Program-made: the position numbers and the translations under genes
Notes under the pieces: generated by a model
Seen by the model: only the letters and a program-made list of their open reading frames with translations
The model's database searches: none
Told to the model about the DNA's origin: nothing
Shown here: positions 29,138 to 38,400 of the stretch, piece after piece
How the letters are laid out: each line of letters opens with the position of its first letter
How positions within the stretch are numbered: the stretch's first letter is position 1
Sequence record: NC_020079.1
From: Escherichia phage phAPEC8
Length of the DNA stretch: 64,000 bases
Strand: one strand, 5' to 3'

Positions 29138-32100
29138 ATGGCAACATTCCCAACATATCCAGCAACGTCTCTCGAACAGGGCGTAGACCTGGTTATTTTC
29201 TCATCTAACCAACTCCATGATGTTATTAATGGAAGTGCTACAGAGAGTATTGAAACAGAATCAGGGTTGATACCAACCCTGAGAAAAGCCCTTGTTGACA
29301 ACTTTTTCTTTAAAAGTCCATTAGATTGGGCGCAAGGCACAAACGAAACAGTTTTTAACCAACTTCGTTATTTCCAGAACGGGGTGTTGAGTGGTTATTA
29401 CTATGCGCCTAACGCTACACTGGTAAACCCAATTCCTATGCAAGGGACTCCAGTAGGAGATAACAACTGGGTATTGTGGGGACTGAAGACAGAACAACTA
29501 GCAACAGAAGTCACCCCTTGGGTATATTCTGGTGCAACTGGTTATGAAACAGTAATCAGTCCTCCCTACATCTTTGATAGTGCTATTGTTACGATCAATG
29601 GTGTTATTCAGGTTCTGGGAGAAGCTTTCCGCATAGAAGATAGTAAAATCATCTTATCTGAACCTTTGGGACACGATCCTGCAACAGGACTGCCAAACAA
29701 ACTTTTTGCCTATATTGGTAAAATCGTAGCTTCCGCAGATACAGATCCTAACTTAGAAAACCGTCTTGTCAGTTTAGAAACAAAAACTGAAGAACTGACA
29801 GAAAGCATGGATAAAGTACCTTTACAAACTATTGCTCGTAAATACGGTTTGTTGGATGATGAAGTAGCTTACGCAACAGCGGGTCAATCGTTAACAGGGA
29901 TTAAAGCTCTGTATGATCCAGTAGCACAATCTTCCTACACATTGCCTCCTAACATCACAGGGACTTTAACATCCTTGTCTGTTTCTGGAGTAATGACTTA
30001 TTCTGGCGGATCTGTAGATCTTTCTGCATTGGCTGTTGAACGTGGACAGTTTGTTCATTTGCCTACAAGCTTTGGTAATAACGTAACTCTGACAGCTAAA
30101 AATCAGACGATTGGACGTGGTGCTGGTCGTTATCGTTGGGCTGGGAGTTTACCAAAAAGTATTTTGGCCTCAGATACATTGGAGACAAGCGGTGGATTAG
30201 GTCCAAATGCATGGGTTCTGACCAATACAGAAGGACTGTTAACCCCTCGTGGTGGAACATACAACGATTTATTCGATGTTGTCTACTTATCAGAATTTGC
30301 TAACAACACAACAACATATACCACACCAGAAGCAGCTTTCCAAGCGGCACTGTTAGCAGCAAAAGCTTCGAAAAGCAAGATTCTCGATGCTTACGGTTGC
30401 GATATGACTTTCACGACAAGCTCTTTTGATATTCAAGGTATCACTTTGCGTGGGGGTGTGTTCCGTGGTCAACGCGACTATCGTGTGCAAAATGCTACAG
30501 TAGAAGGCACAACTTTCCGTAACTCTCGTGTTATGTATTGGGGTGGTGCTGTGCGCATGTTCGATTGTTTGTGGGACGGTGCTCCTCGCGCAGGTCAAGT
30601 TGGTAGCTTGGTATTCCAAGGCAACCCAATATCAGGTACTTTTGAAATTGATAACTGTACTTTTAAAAACGGGTTGTATGGCATCCTTCAACAAGGAACA
30701 GGGGAACCAGTAACACGTGGTGTCTTCCGTAACCTTACCTTCATGGACATGCAAGGTGATGCAATAGAACTGAACGTCATCAATAAACATTATGACGATG
30801 GTTGTGTGATTGAGAATATTTACCTGTCTAATATCGATGGGACTAACGCTCCTATTCCTCTGTCCAACTGGGGTATCGGTATCGGTGTAGCTGGTAAAGG
30901 ACCATATGGTTACGGAATCCCTGATGATCAATATTGCAAGAATATTACAATTCGTAACGTTTTTGCAAAACGTTGTCGTCAGATTGTCCACGTAGAAGTT
31001 GGTCGTAATATCTCTATCGAAAACATTCATGGCGATCCAGACCAGACCGTATCTGTTGGGACAGGTTTGGCAACTGGCGCAGTTGTAATGTATGGAAGTA
31101 AAGATTTTACGATTGACGGTGTTTACGGAGAGCCTAAAACAGACGGTAGCACACTTGCAAGTAATATCCGTATGATTTATTTGGAGTGGGGAACTAACGC
31201 AGTTCTGGACGAAGAGGGTAATCCGGTAGTTCCGGCACAGGGTAGACCTTCAAACCCATGCTTTAACTATTCTGTTCGTAATATTCACACCAAAACTGGG
31301 CGTGTTTTTGCAGGAGTTTCCGCTGGGCCAGGTTATGAAAACAGAGTTAGCTTTGAAAATATTCGTTGCGCTGCATTGCAGTTATTCGGTATAGCTTCTT
31401 GGCTTTCAATGTCTAACATCACCTGTAATATCTTCGATTGTGTTGGTCAACCTGAATCTGGTCCAGGGACATTTTATGATGGATTCTTCCGTAGAGAAAA
31501 ATCTGTTCTTGAAATGGTTAACGTGAACTGTTACCCAGATGGCAAGACGATGGTTACTGGTCGTCCACAGTGGAGCCGTTGCCGTTACTCGGATATTCAT
31601 CGTGTCAATTGTAATGTTGAAGCTAATATGTATACCAATATCGCAGGTGGTATTGGAGCTATTGTAGGGACAACGGGCAAAGTTTATTACTTAGAGCCTA
31701 ATCCTAGTCGAAACATTGATGGAATGCATTTCCCAACAGGGAAAGAGTTTGACAAAGGTGATATGATAGTCAAGGCGGATAATACGTTCTTCCTTGTAAC
31801 AACAAGTGGGGCATATATTCCAGATATCCCAGCTTTCGGTATTCGAGCTACACAGGCAGGAGATACCTTCCTGACACAGAACTTGACTCCTAACGGGACA
31901 GCAACAAATGCTTCTTGGTTGTATCATTACCCTCTGTCAGCAGGGACACGTATCCGTATTCCTGGCGCTGGTGTAGGTGGAGCAGATTTGGACACAGTTA
32001 TTACTCGTGCACCTTATCAAGATAATGATACGTGGACTAACCCAGTTAAAATAGACATTGCAGATCCAATTGTAACGCCTACAAGTGCTGGAGTTAGAAT

Positions 32101-32191
32101 TAAAACCATACCTAATGATTCCAGTAATGTTTCTGTAGGTAATACTGCGGTTATTCGCCCAACGCCAGTAGTAGATGTGCCAACAACCTAA
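29138..32191 (+). CDS. tailspike protein with right-handed beta-helix (pectate-lyase-like) domain
   Basis: 1017 aa; repeated beta-helix rungs (NCTFKNGLYGILQQG..., NLTFMDMQGDAIELNV..., NITIRNVFAKRC..., NISIENIHGD...) typical of polysaccharide depolymerase tailspikes. Confidence 0.6.
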   Translation: MATFPTYPATSLEQGVDLVIFSSNQLHDVINGSATESIETESGLIPTLRKALVDNFFFKSPLDWAQGTNETVFNQLRYFQNGVLSGYYYAPNATLVNPIPMQGTPVGDNNWVLWGLKTEQLATEVTPWVYSGATGYETVISPPYIFDSAIVTINGVIQVLGEAFRIEDSKIILSEPLGHDPATGLPNKLFAYIGKIVASADTDPNLENRLVSLETKTEELTESMDKVPLQTIARKYGLLDDEVAYATAGQSLTGIKALYDPVAQSSYTLPPNITGTLTSLSVSGVMTYSGGSVDLSALAVERGQFVHLPTSFGNNVTLTAKNQTIGRGAGRYRWAGSLPKSILASDTLETSGGLGPNAWVLTNTEGLLTPRGGTYNDLFDVVYLSEFANNTTTYTTPEAAFQAALLAAKASKSKILDAYGCDMTFTTSSFDIQGITLRGGVFRGQRDYRVQNATVEGTTFRNSRVMYWGGAVRMFDCLWDGAPRAGQVGSLVFQGNPISGTFEIDNCTFKNGLYGILQQGTGEPVTRGVFRNLTFMDMQGDAIELNVINKHYDDGCVIENIYLSNIDGTNAPIPLSNWGIGIGVAGKGPYGYGIPDDQYCKNITIRNVFAKRCRQIVHVEVGRNISIENIHGDPDQTVSVGTGLATGAVVMYGSKDFTIDGVYGEPKTDGSTLASNIRMIYLEWGTNAVLDEEGNPVVPAQGRPSNPCFNYSVRNIHTKTGRVFAGVSAGPGYENRVSFENIRCAALQLFGIASWLSMSNITCNIFDCVGQPESGPGTFYDGFFRREKSVLEMVNVNCYPDGKTMVTGRPQWSRCRYSDIHRVNCNVEANMYTNIAGGIGAIVGTTGKVYYLEPNPSRNIDGMHFPTGKEFDKGDMIVKADNTFFLVTTSGAYIPDIPAFGIRATQAGDTFLTQNLTPNGTATNASWLYHYPLSAGTRIRIPGAGVGGADLDTVITRAPYQDNDTWTNPVKIDIADPIVTPTSAGVRIKTIPNDSSNVSVGNTAVIRPTPVVDVPTT

Positions 32192-32197
32192 TGGAAT

Positions 32198-32217
32198 AGA
32201 GGGGGGATTCCCCCTCT
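32198..32217 (+). terminator. stem-loop after tailspike gene (probable terminator)
   Basis: 8-bp stem AGAGGGGG/CCCCCTCT with GATT loop; downstream tract pyrimidine-rich but not a clean U-run. Confidence 0.4.
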
Positions 32218-32253
32218 TCTTCCAATAGAATGGTCTAATGATAGGAGAGATAA

Positions 32254-34278
32254 ATGAATTTAACAAGACCTAATAGTGCGATAGCCGATCTGGTAGAAGC
32301 TACTTATCGAAAACGTCGCAGCTTTGAGGCAGGTTTTACATTACGTAATTCCCGTGAAGTTTTGCTGTTAGCAGCAGAAGGGAATTATTACCAATGGAAA
32401 GGAACTTTTCCTAAAGTTGTTCCAGCAAACTCTACGCCAGCCACCACAGGTGGTATTTCTTCCCTTGCATGGCAAAGTGTTGGGACCGCTGATGATATAG
32501 CAATTATCAATGCCAAGTTTACGGCAATGCAGCAACAGATTGATGATCTGTCGGAAACAATACCTGAAGCTGGTAAATCGGCTTATCAGATCGCACTTGA
32601 TAATGGTTTTGTTGGAACAGAAGCACAATGGCTTGCTTCTTTGAAAGGGGATACTGGTGCTCAACTTAATATTAAAGGATCATTAGCAAGCACTAGTGAA
32701 CTACCATCCACAGGTAACGTTGCAGGGGATGGTTATATCGTAGGTGATGTAATCTACGCTTGGGATGGTTCTGTTTGGAAACTTATTTCTTCTCTTGGGC
32801 CAGAAGGTAAATCAGCTTACGAGGTATGGTTGGCAGATGGTAATACAGGATCTGTTTATGATTTTCTTACCTCTATAAAAGGTGATAAAGGTGATGTTGG
32901 TCCTACAGGGCCACAGGGAGCACCTGGTGTTAACGCCAACGGTTTTGATTATCGTGGGGATTTGCCTTCTACAAGTAACTTACCACAACCTAACTCTGAA
33001 AACGTAAGCCAAGCTTATTCTATCAATGGTAATCTTTATGTCTCTAATGGGACAGCTTGGGTCAACATGGGTAATATTGTTGGTCCTCAAGGTCCACAAG
33101 GTGAGGCAGGTAAAGACGGTCTTGATGGAACAGATGGAGATGAAGGGAAATCTGCATATCAAAGTTGGCTGGATGCTGGTAATGAAGGGACAGAAGTAGA
33201 TTTTATTGCCTCACTTAAAGGTCCAAAAGGAGACAAGGGTGATCAAGGAGAGCGAGGTCCACAAGGTGAACTAGGTCCACAAGGACCAGTGGGTGCAACA
33301 GGATCAGGCTTAGAGATTATCGGGGTTCTGAACAGTGAAGCTGAACTTCCTCCTACTGGAGAAGTAGGTGATGCATATAAAATTAATAATGATTTGTATG
33401 TTTGGATTCAAGATGCTACGGAATGGATGAATGTTGGCAGTCTTGGAGGAACATCAATTACAGCTAAAGGTCATGTTCCGAACAGTGAAGCTCTCCCTGT
33501 TTATAATAACTATGGCGATGCCTACTTAACTGAAGACACCAGTAATCTTTACATCTATACCTACGATCAAGACACCAATTCCGCATCTTTTGTTGACATG
33601 GGAAGTATTAAAGGCGACAAAGGTGAAAAAGGGGATAAAGGGGATAAGGGTGATCCTGGAACAAATGGAACCAACGGTACTGATGGGACCAACGGTAAGG
33701 ACGGCGCACAGTGGTTTGTAGCAACAACTAATCCAGTCGCAGGAGACGGTGTTATCAATGATTACGCCTTCAATACTACCACTGGAGCAGTGTTTAAGAA
33801 AACAGATTCTTCTACGTGGACACTTATAGGAACTCTTCCTAGTATACCAGAAGCCCCTCAAGACGGCTTGACGTATGGTCGTTCTGATGGAAACTGGATC
33901 GAAATATCAGGATCAGATCCTACAGAAGCTATAACACCAACTAGAGTTACAGCAGGTTTCATGGAACTTGAAACAACTACTGCCAACTCTGGAGCATCTT
34001 GGACTCCTTCTGGAACTTCCAATATGTATGTTGTTACAGTAACTGATGCTCTGACAGTTGGAGCATGGCCTGGTGTCACTGGCTCTACAAAACCTAAAGC
34101 GTTTTCAGCAATGATTTATTTGATTCAAGATACAACGGGACACACGGTTACACTAGATGCGTCTTATGGAGCACTAAATGATACAGAAATAGCAACTACT
34201 GCTAACGCAGTAACAATTTTGCAATTAACGTATCCTGGTGTGGGTGATATCGTGGACATGGTTGTTGTAACACGATAA
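32254..34278 (+). CDS. collagen-like tail fibre protein with phage-fibre repeats
   Basis: 674 aa; three copies of K-SAY-x-(A/W)L-x-GFVGTE/GNTGS...(A/T)SLKG motif and several Gly-X-Y runs (GDKGEKGDKGDKGDPGTNGTNGTDGTNGKDG). Confidence 0.65.
   Translation: MNLTRPNSAIADLVEATYRKRRSFEAGFTLRNSREVLLLAAEGNYYQWKGTFPKVVPANSTPATTGGISSLAWQSVGTADDIAIINAKFTAMQQQIDDLSETIPEAGKSAYQIALDNGFVGTEAQWLASLKGDTGAQLNIKGSLASTSELPSTGNVAGDGYIVGDVIYAWDGSVWKLISSLGPEGKSAYEVWLADGNTGSVYDFLTSIKGDKGDVGPTGPQGAPGVNANGFDYRGDLPSTSNLPQPNSENVSQAYSINGNLYVSNGTAWVNMGNIVGPQGPQGEAGKDGLDGTDGDEGKSAYQSWLDAGNEGTEVDFIASLKGPKGDKGDQGERGPQGELGPQGPVGATGSGLEIIGVLNSEAELPPTGEVGDAYKINNDLYVWIQDATEWMNVGSLGGTSITAKGHVPNSEALPVYNNYGDAYLTEDTSNLYIYTYDQDTNSASFVDMGSIKGDKGEKGDKGDKGDPGTNGTNGTDGTNGKDGAQWFVATTNPVAGDGVINDYAFNTTTGAVFKKTDSSTWTLIGTLPSIPEAPQDGLTYGRSDGNWIEISGSDPTEAITPTRVTAGFMELETTTANSGASWTPSGTSNMYVVTVTDALTVGAWPGVTGSTKPKAFSAMIYLIQDTTGHTVTLDASYGALNDTEIATTANAVTILQLTYPGVGDIVDMVVVTR
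33613..33706 (+). repeat. collagen-like Gly-X-Y coding repeat tract
   Basis: Triplet-periodic GGN-NNN-NNN repeats encoding GDKGEKGDKGDKGDPGTNGTNGTDGTNGKDG within the fibre gene. Confidence 0.6.
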
Positions 34279-34281
34279 CAG

Positions 34282-34306
34282 AAGCCCCGAAAGGGGCTTT
34301 CTTTTT
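34282..34306 (+). terminator. rho-independent terminator after collagen-like fibre gene
   Basis: Stem AAGCCCC/GGGGCTT with GAAA loop followed by TCTTTTT. Confidence 0.6.
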
Positions 34307-34319
34307 ATGGAGGGTTTAA

Positions 34320-36995
34320 ATGTTTCCAATTCCAATATTTACTATTATGACCAGCACTGGTGTCGTTCCTCTGCCAGCAGGTATTGTTAAAAAAGTAATC
34401 ACTTTAGATTACCCAGATAATGCTGGTAATTCTAACAGCAGTTTAGCAATTTTGCTTAATGATGGTAGATTGTTTACTCAAGGCGCAAACCTTTTTGGTG
34501 AGATTGCAGATGGAACTCGTAGTGCACGATTCAATAATTTCCACTTAGCTTCTACTGTAGTAGCGGATGTGTTTACCGCAGATCGTTGTTTTGTTATTAA
34601 AACTAACAGTGGGGGATGGCAATATTCAGGATTGACAGCAGGATTGGTAGGATCTATAGCAGCAGGTGGTACGGACGCATGTGTAACTACTTGGACCAGC
34701 TTTCCATCTGTAATAACAGGGACTATCTCTTTAGCCAATCTTAAAGAGGTTAAGGGAGGATATAACAACACTCTCTGGTTAATGAATAGTGGTGTTCTTT
34801 ACGGATCTGGTCAAAACACAGTAGGCAGTTTAGGTGCAAGTACTACTAACGAAGTTTCTACTCCTCGTCAGATAACAAGTGCAGCAGTTGCTTTTGATGC
34901 AGGTTACAACCAATGCTCTTATGTCAACAATGTGGGAACCTTGCGTGTTTGTGGAGCTAGTAAAGGTTTAGCAGGTAATAATAACACAACAACAGCTTTT
35001 GTCAATGCCAAGATATCCGCTACTGAAACAGTGTATGTCAAAGATTACATCAATACAGTTTCCCAGACAATAGTTGTAGGAGATACCTCCGGTGGCACGG
35101 GTGCAGTAAACTACTTATATGTTAGATCTAATACAGAAACAACCTACACTAAACTGGATACCTTTGCAGCAGGTTTCTCAACATGGAAATTTCCACCAAG
35201 CCGCCACTCTTTTTTCGTTGGGATCAATAATTCCTTGTGGGCTATTGGTAAGAACTACACTGCAAACTTAGGTTTGGGGTATGATTCTGCGAGCGGAGAT
35301 CCACTTCAAGTGGGAAAACCAGTTAAACCTGAAGGAGTGGGTTCCTGGGATATAAACAAGCTCACAAGCGTTCATACGCTGAATATGGATGTTACTAACC
35401 AATTAGGTTATCAAGGAACCTTTTTCGTTTATAATGGAGATATGTATTATTCCGGTATTTGGAAAGATGGAAAAGCCTCGTATCTGTTCAATAGTGGTCT
35501 AAACTATAATAAATTCACACCAATAGCAAGCTCCGTGATTACGGGTGATATTCTGGCAACTGGCTTAACTACGGATTCTTTAGGAATTTGTATTGTAGGT
35601 GGAACTAAACAGTTGACACATTCTGTTAGCCCAGAAGGAGGTAAACTTTTCAATATTAAATATACTTCTTCTGCCCCTGCAAACATGACAATATCGTCTA
35701 CTGGTTTAATGACTTTCCATGCAGAAGGTGGTTTTGATGCAGGTATGACAGCCTTAAACGCTGAAGGAACAACTTTATCAGATACCTCTGGAGGATATGC
35801 TTCAACATTGAGTGTTTACACCCCTAGCTTATCTGCGATGGATGTAGGAACAACACAAACAATGGTAGCAGAAATAACGCCAACAGGAGCAGCAAGCTTA
35901 CCTGGCATGGTTGTTGAGTATTTCTCTAATGACCCTACGGTAGCAACAGTTGACCCCGTTACAGGCGTTATTACAGCGGTTGCTGATGGAGGTTGTCGTA
36001 TCGGTTGTAGAGCAACTTATCAAGGTGTGGTAACTGCCGAAGATAGTTCTTATCTCACAGTGAATGCTGTGGTGATTGTGATGGATTATGATTTGACGCA
36101 AGAAACTATTCCGGCGGATGTAAAGGTCAACAGGAGTAACCGTTATGCCAGGGCTTCTGGAGATATCCTTGTACCTACAGAGAGTTCTGCTCCCGTAGCA
36201 CCTTTAGAATATGTTGGTACAACTCCACAAGGTAGACGTGTTGTAGCAGCCAACCGTACACATATCTTTATCAACAATAACTTGACAACAGCTTCCCCGT
36301 GGTTGAAGACGAACTTGACAGTCACAGCATCAACAATCAACTCTCCGGTTGGAACTACGGCTAACACTTACAAGTTAACACCTTCTACAACTTCAGGACA
36401 ACATATTTTATCAGCAGTGAATACAGCTTCTGATATTACAGCAGGTAAGCACTGGGCGGCATCCGTATTCTTGAAGCCAGATGGGATCACTAAAGTGAAA
36501 CTCAAATTGACTTCAGGAGATGAGATTAACGAAGGGACTTATGATCTTGTAGCTGGAACATTTACAGGTGCAGATGCAAACATAATCGATATGGGGAATG
36601 GTTGGTATCGTGTAATTCTACACAAAGTGACAGTTGCCAAACAAGCATCTATAACCTATGAGATTATAGCTTTGAATGCAAGTGGATCAGACACTTTCGC
36701 AGGAGATGGTACGGCAGGTCTTATTGCTTGGGTTCCACAGCTTGAGATGGGGGATATGACAAATCCAGTTTGGGCGGGGACACCATTTGTTTGTTCTTAT
36801 GCACGAGACACTACCAGTGCTGTTACCTTCACTATTCCTAAGAATGGACATACTGGCGTGGACATTTACCACACTGATGGTACTGTGCAACGAGAGGTCT
36901 TCACTGGTACAGCTACAACTTGGATGTTGACGTTCACCGCCGCAAGTGCGGATTGGGGATCGAAGTTCATTACAGGTTTGAAATATTACGACTAA
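34320..36995 (+). CDS. tail fibre/adhesin protein with Ig-like (Big_2-type) domain
   Basis: 891 aa; segment VVEYFSNDPTVATVDPVTGVITAVADGGCRIGCRATYQGVVTAEDSSYLTVNAVV resembles a bacterial Ig-like group 2 domain; last gene of the plus-strand arm. Confidence 0.5.
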   Translation: MFPIPIFTIMTSTGVVPLPAGIVKKVITLDYPDNAGNSNSSLAILLNDGRLFTQGANLFGEIADGTRSARFNNFHLASTVVADVFTADRCFVIKTNSGGWQYSGLTAGLVGSIAAGGTDACVTTWTSFPSVITGTISLANLKEVKGGYNNTLWLMNSGVLYGSGQNTVGSLGASTTNEVSTPRQITSAAVAFDAGYNQCSYVNNVGTLRVCGASKGLAGNNNTTTAFVNAKISATETVYVKDYINTVSQTIVVGDTSGGTGAVNYLYVRSNTETTYTKLDTFAAGFSTWKFPPSRHSFFVGINNSLWAIGKNYTANLGLGYDSASGDPLQVGKPVKPEGVGSWDINKLTSVHTLNMDVTNQLGYQGTFFVYNGDMYYSGIWKDGKASYLFNSGLNYNKFTPIASSVITGDILATGLTTDSLGICIVGGTKQLTHSVSPEGGKLFNIKYTSSAPANMTISSTGLMTFHAEGGFDAGMTALNAEGTTLSDTSGGYASTLSVYTPSLSAMDVGTTQTMVAEITPTGAASLPGMVVEYFSNDPTVATVDPVTGVITAVADGGCRIGCRATYQGVVTAEDSSYLTVNAVVIVMDYDLTQETIPADVKVNRSNRYARASGDILVPTESSAPVAPLEYVGTTPQGRRVVAANRTHIFINNNLTTASPWLKTNLTVTASTINSPVGTTANTYKLTPSTTSGQHILSAVNTASDITAGKHWAASVFLKPDGITKVKLKLTSGDEINEGTYDLVAGTFTGADANIIDMGNGWYRVILHKVTVAKQASITYEIIALNASGSDTFAGDGTAGLIAWVPQLEMGDMTNPVWAGTPFVCSYARDTTSAVTFTIPKNGHTGVDIYHTDGTVQREVFTGTATTWMLTFTAASADWGSKFITGLKYYD

Positions 36996-36996
36996 T

Positions 36997-37031
36997 AAAA
37001 AAGGGAACCCGCAAAGGTTCCCTTTTCTTTT
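36997..37031. terminator. bidirectional intrinsic terminator at the convergence of plus and minus transcription arms
   Basis: A6 (36997-37002), stem GGGAACC/GGTTCCC (37003-37022), then TTTTCTTTT; flanked by U/A tracts on both sides so it can serve either strand. Confidence 0.65.
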
Positions 37032-37058
37032 ATAAAAACTCTTTATAAATCAATAAGA

Positions 37059-37946
37059 TTAGAATGGGATATCATCGTCGAAGTCCATTGGAGGTTCTTC
37101 TTGATTGCTTGGAGTTGGTTCTGGTTGTGGTTCAGGTTTCTTCTCTTCTTTCTTCTCTTCTTTCTTAGGTTGTTCTGCGGAACCACGAATGGCAGCAGCA
37201 ACTTTATCAGACAGAGCCAGAACTTTACGAGCAGAGTCAATCAGATCTTCTACAGATACAGTCTTAATGGTATGGTCTTTACAAGCATTGAGAATAGCGT
37301 GACCAACAGATGCCCCAAGATCATAATCATTAATATCAACGCCACGAGATTCAGCAATTTCAGATTTCAGCGTGACAGTTGCAGATTGAACAACCCCAGC
37401 GATATCGAAAGCATCGCCTTTAACACCATTACGAATCAGTTCCAGTGCACCATTTACTGCGTGACCAGTTTCCAGACCTACAGTATCACGTTTTTTATAG
37501 GACTGCTTAGGAGCAGCATCGTTGGAACCTTTATTGCCAGAAGATTTGTTAGACTTCTGAACACCATCGGTAGACAATACTGTAATACGAGATTTTTTAG
37601 TATTGTAGTAAGTCTTACCGCCTTTATTATCAACGCGATCAATATCAATACTTACTTCTACACCTTTTTCAATAGTGATCCAATTATCACCTTCTTTGAC
37701 TTGCAGGTTTTCATAACCTTCTTTCAGTTCAATGTCACCAAGAGAAATCCAAACACCTTTCTCATCTGGTTTAGCACCTTTCTCTTTCAGAACAAGAGAA
37801 GCTCGGTGAGTTGAAACAATCGTTTTCCCTTCCCAATGAAAAGTTTTAGGTTCAGCGAATTTATCCAGTTTAACGTAGTCTACGATACCAGTTGCATAAG
37901 TTACGGTTTTGCCTTTACGATCAGTTTCAGTATTAATTACGGACAT
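37059..37946 (-). CDS. ssb: single-stranded DNA-binding protein with E. coli SSB-type C-terminal tip
   Basis: 295 aa; C-terminus ...SNQEEPPMDFDDDIPF matches the acidic protein-interaction tip of E. coli SSB (PMDFDDDIPF, from memory); disordered Lys/Glu/Pro-rich linker precedes it. Confidence 0.6.
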   Translation of the reverse strand: MSVINTETDRKGKTVTYATGIVDYVKLDKFAEPKTFHWEGKTIVSTHRASLVLKEKGAKPDEKGVWISLGDIELKEGYENLQVKEGDNWITIEKGVEVSIDIDRVDNKGGKTYYNTKKSRITVLSTDGVQKSNKSSGNKGSNDAAPKQSYKKRDTVGLETGHAVNGALELIRNGVKGDAFDIAGVVQSATVTLKSEIAESRGVDINDYDLGASVGHAILNACKDHTIKTVSVEDLIDSARKVLALSDKVAAAIRGSAEQPKKEEKKEEKKPEPQPEPTPSNQEEPPMDFDDDIPF

Positions 37947-37962
37947 TATTATCTCCTCTACA

Positions 37963-38355
37963 TTACATTAATTTTGCACAGAAAGAGCGGAGTCTTTCCA
38001 TATCATCTTGCTCTAACAGGTATTTACCTTTACCTATTCCAACTCCAATTTCACCATTAGGAAAATGAACTATTTGCACTGGGAAACCTCCGAGTTTAAT
38101 TGTGGCAGCTTTGCCTTCTTCGTCTATAACGTTTCGGATTGTATCTTGCAGTGAAATGAATTCTTTGTTTGTAACAGTGGTTTCAATTATTTCAGATGTT
38201 TCGACACGAGCAGTTAGCTTCTTGTTTCCACCTTGAATAACCAAAATTTGAAAATAAAAAGAGTTGTCAAGACCTACAACATTTTTCTCAACTAGTGTCA
38301 AACTGGTATAGTTTCCATAAACAGTTTCAACAGCTATCTTAGAACGTTCAGTCAT
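37963..38355 (-). CDS. hypothetical protein
   Basis: 130-aa ORF between the SSB and nucleotidyltransferase genes; no recognisable motif. Confidence 0.45.
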   Translation of the reverse strand: MTERSKIAVETVYGNYTSLTLVEKNVVGLDNSFYFQILVIQGGNKKLTARVETSEIIETTVTNKEFISLQDTIRNVIDEEGKAATIKLGGFPVQIVHFPNGEIGVGIGKGKYLLEQDDMERLRSFCAKLM

Positions 38356-38400
38356 TGAATGCTATCCTATCATAAAATGTTTAATATTGTCAAGCTTTAA

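Noticed and set aside
33567-33758. 63-aa minus-strand ORF rich in Pro/Leu/Ser inside the collagen-like fibre gene
   Set aside because: Reverse-complement artefact of the Gly-X-Y coding repeats.
37101-37814. 237-aa plus-strand ORF antisense to the SSB gene
   Set aside because: Phe/Leu-rich low-complexity translation mirroring the Lys/Glu-rich SSB linker; SSB has a strong diagnostic C-terminus, so the minus-strand frame is the real gene.
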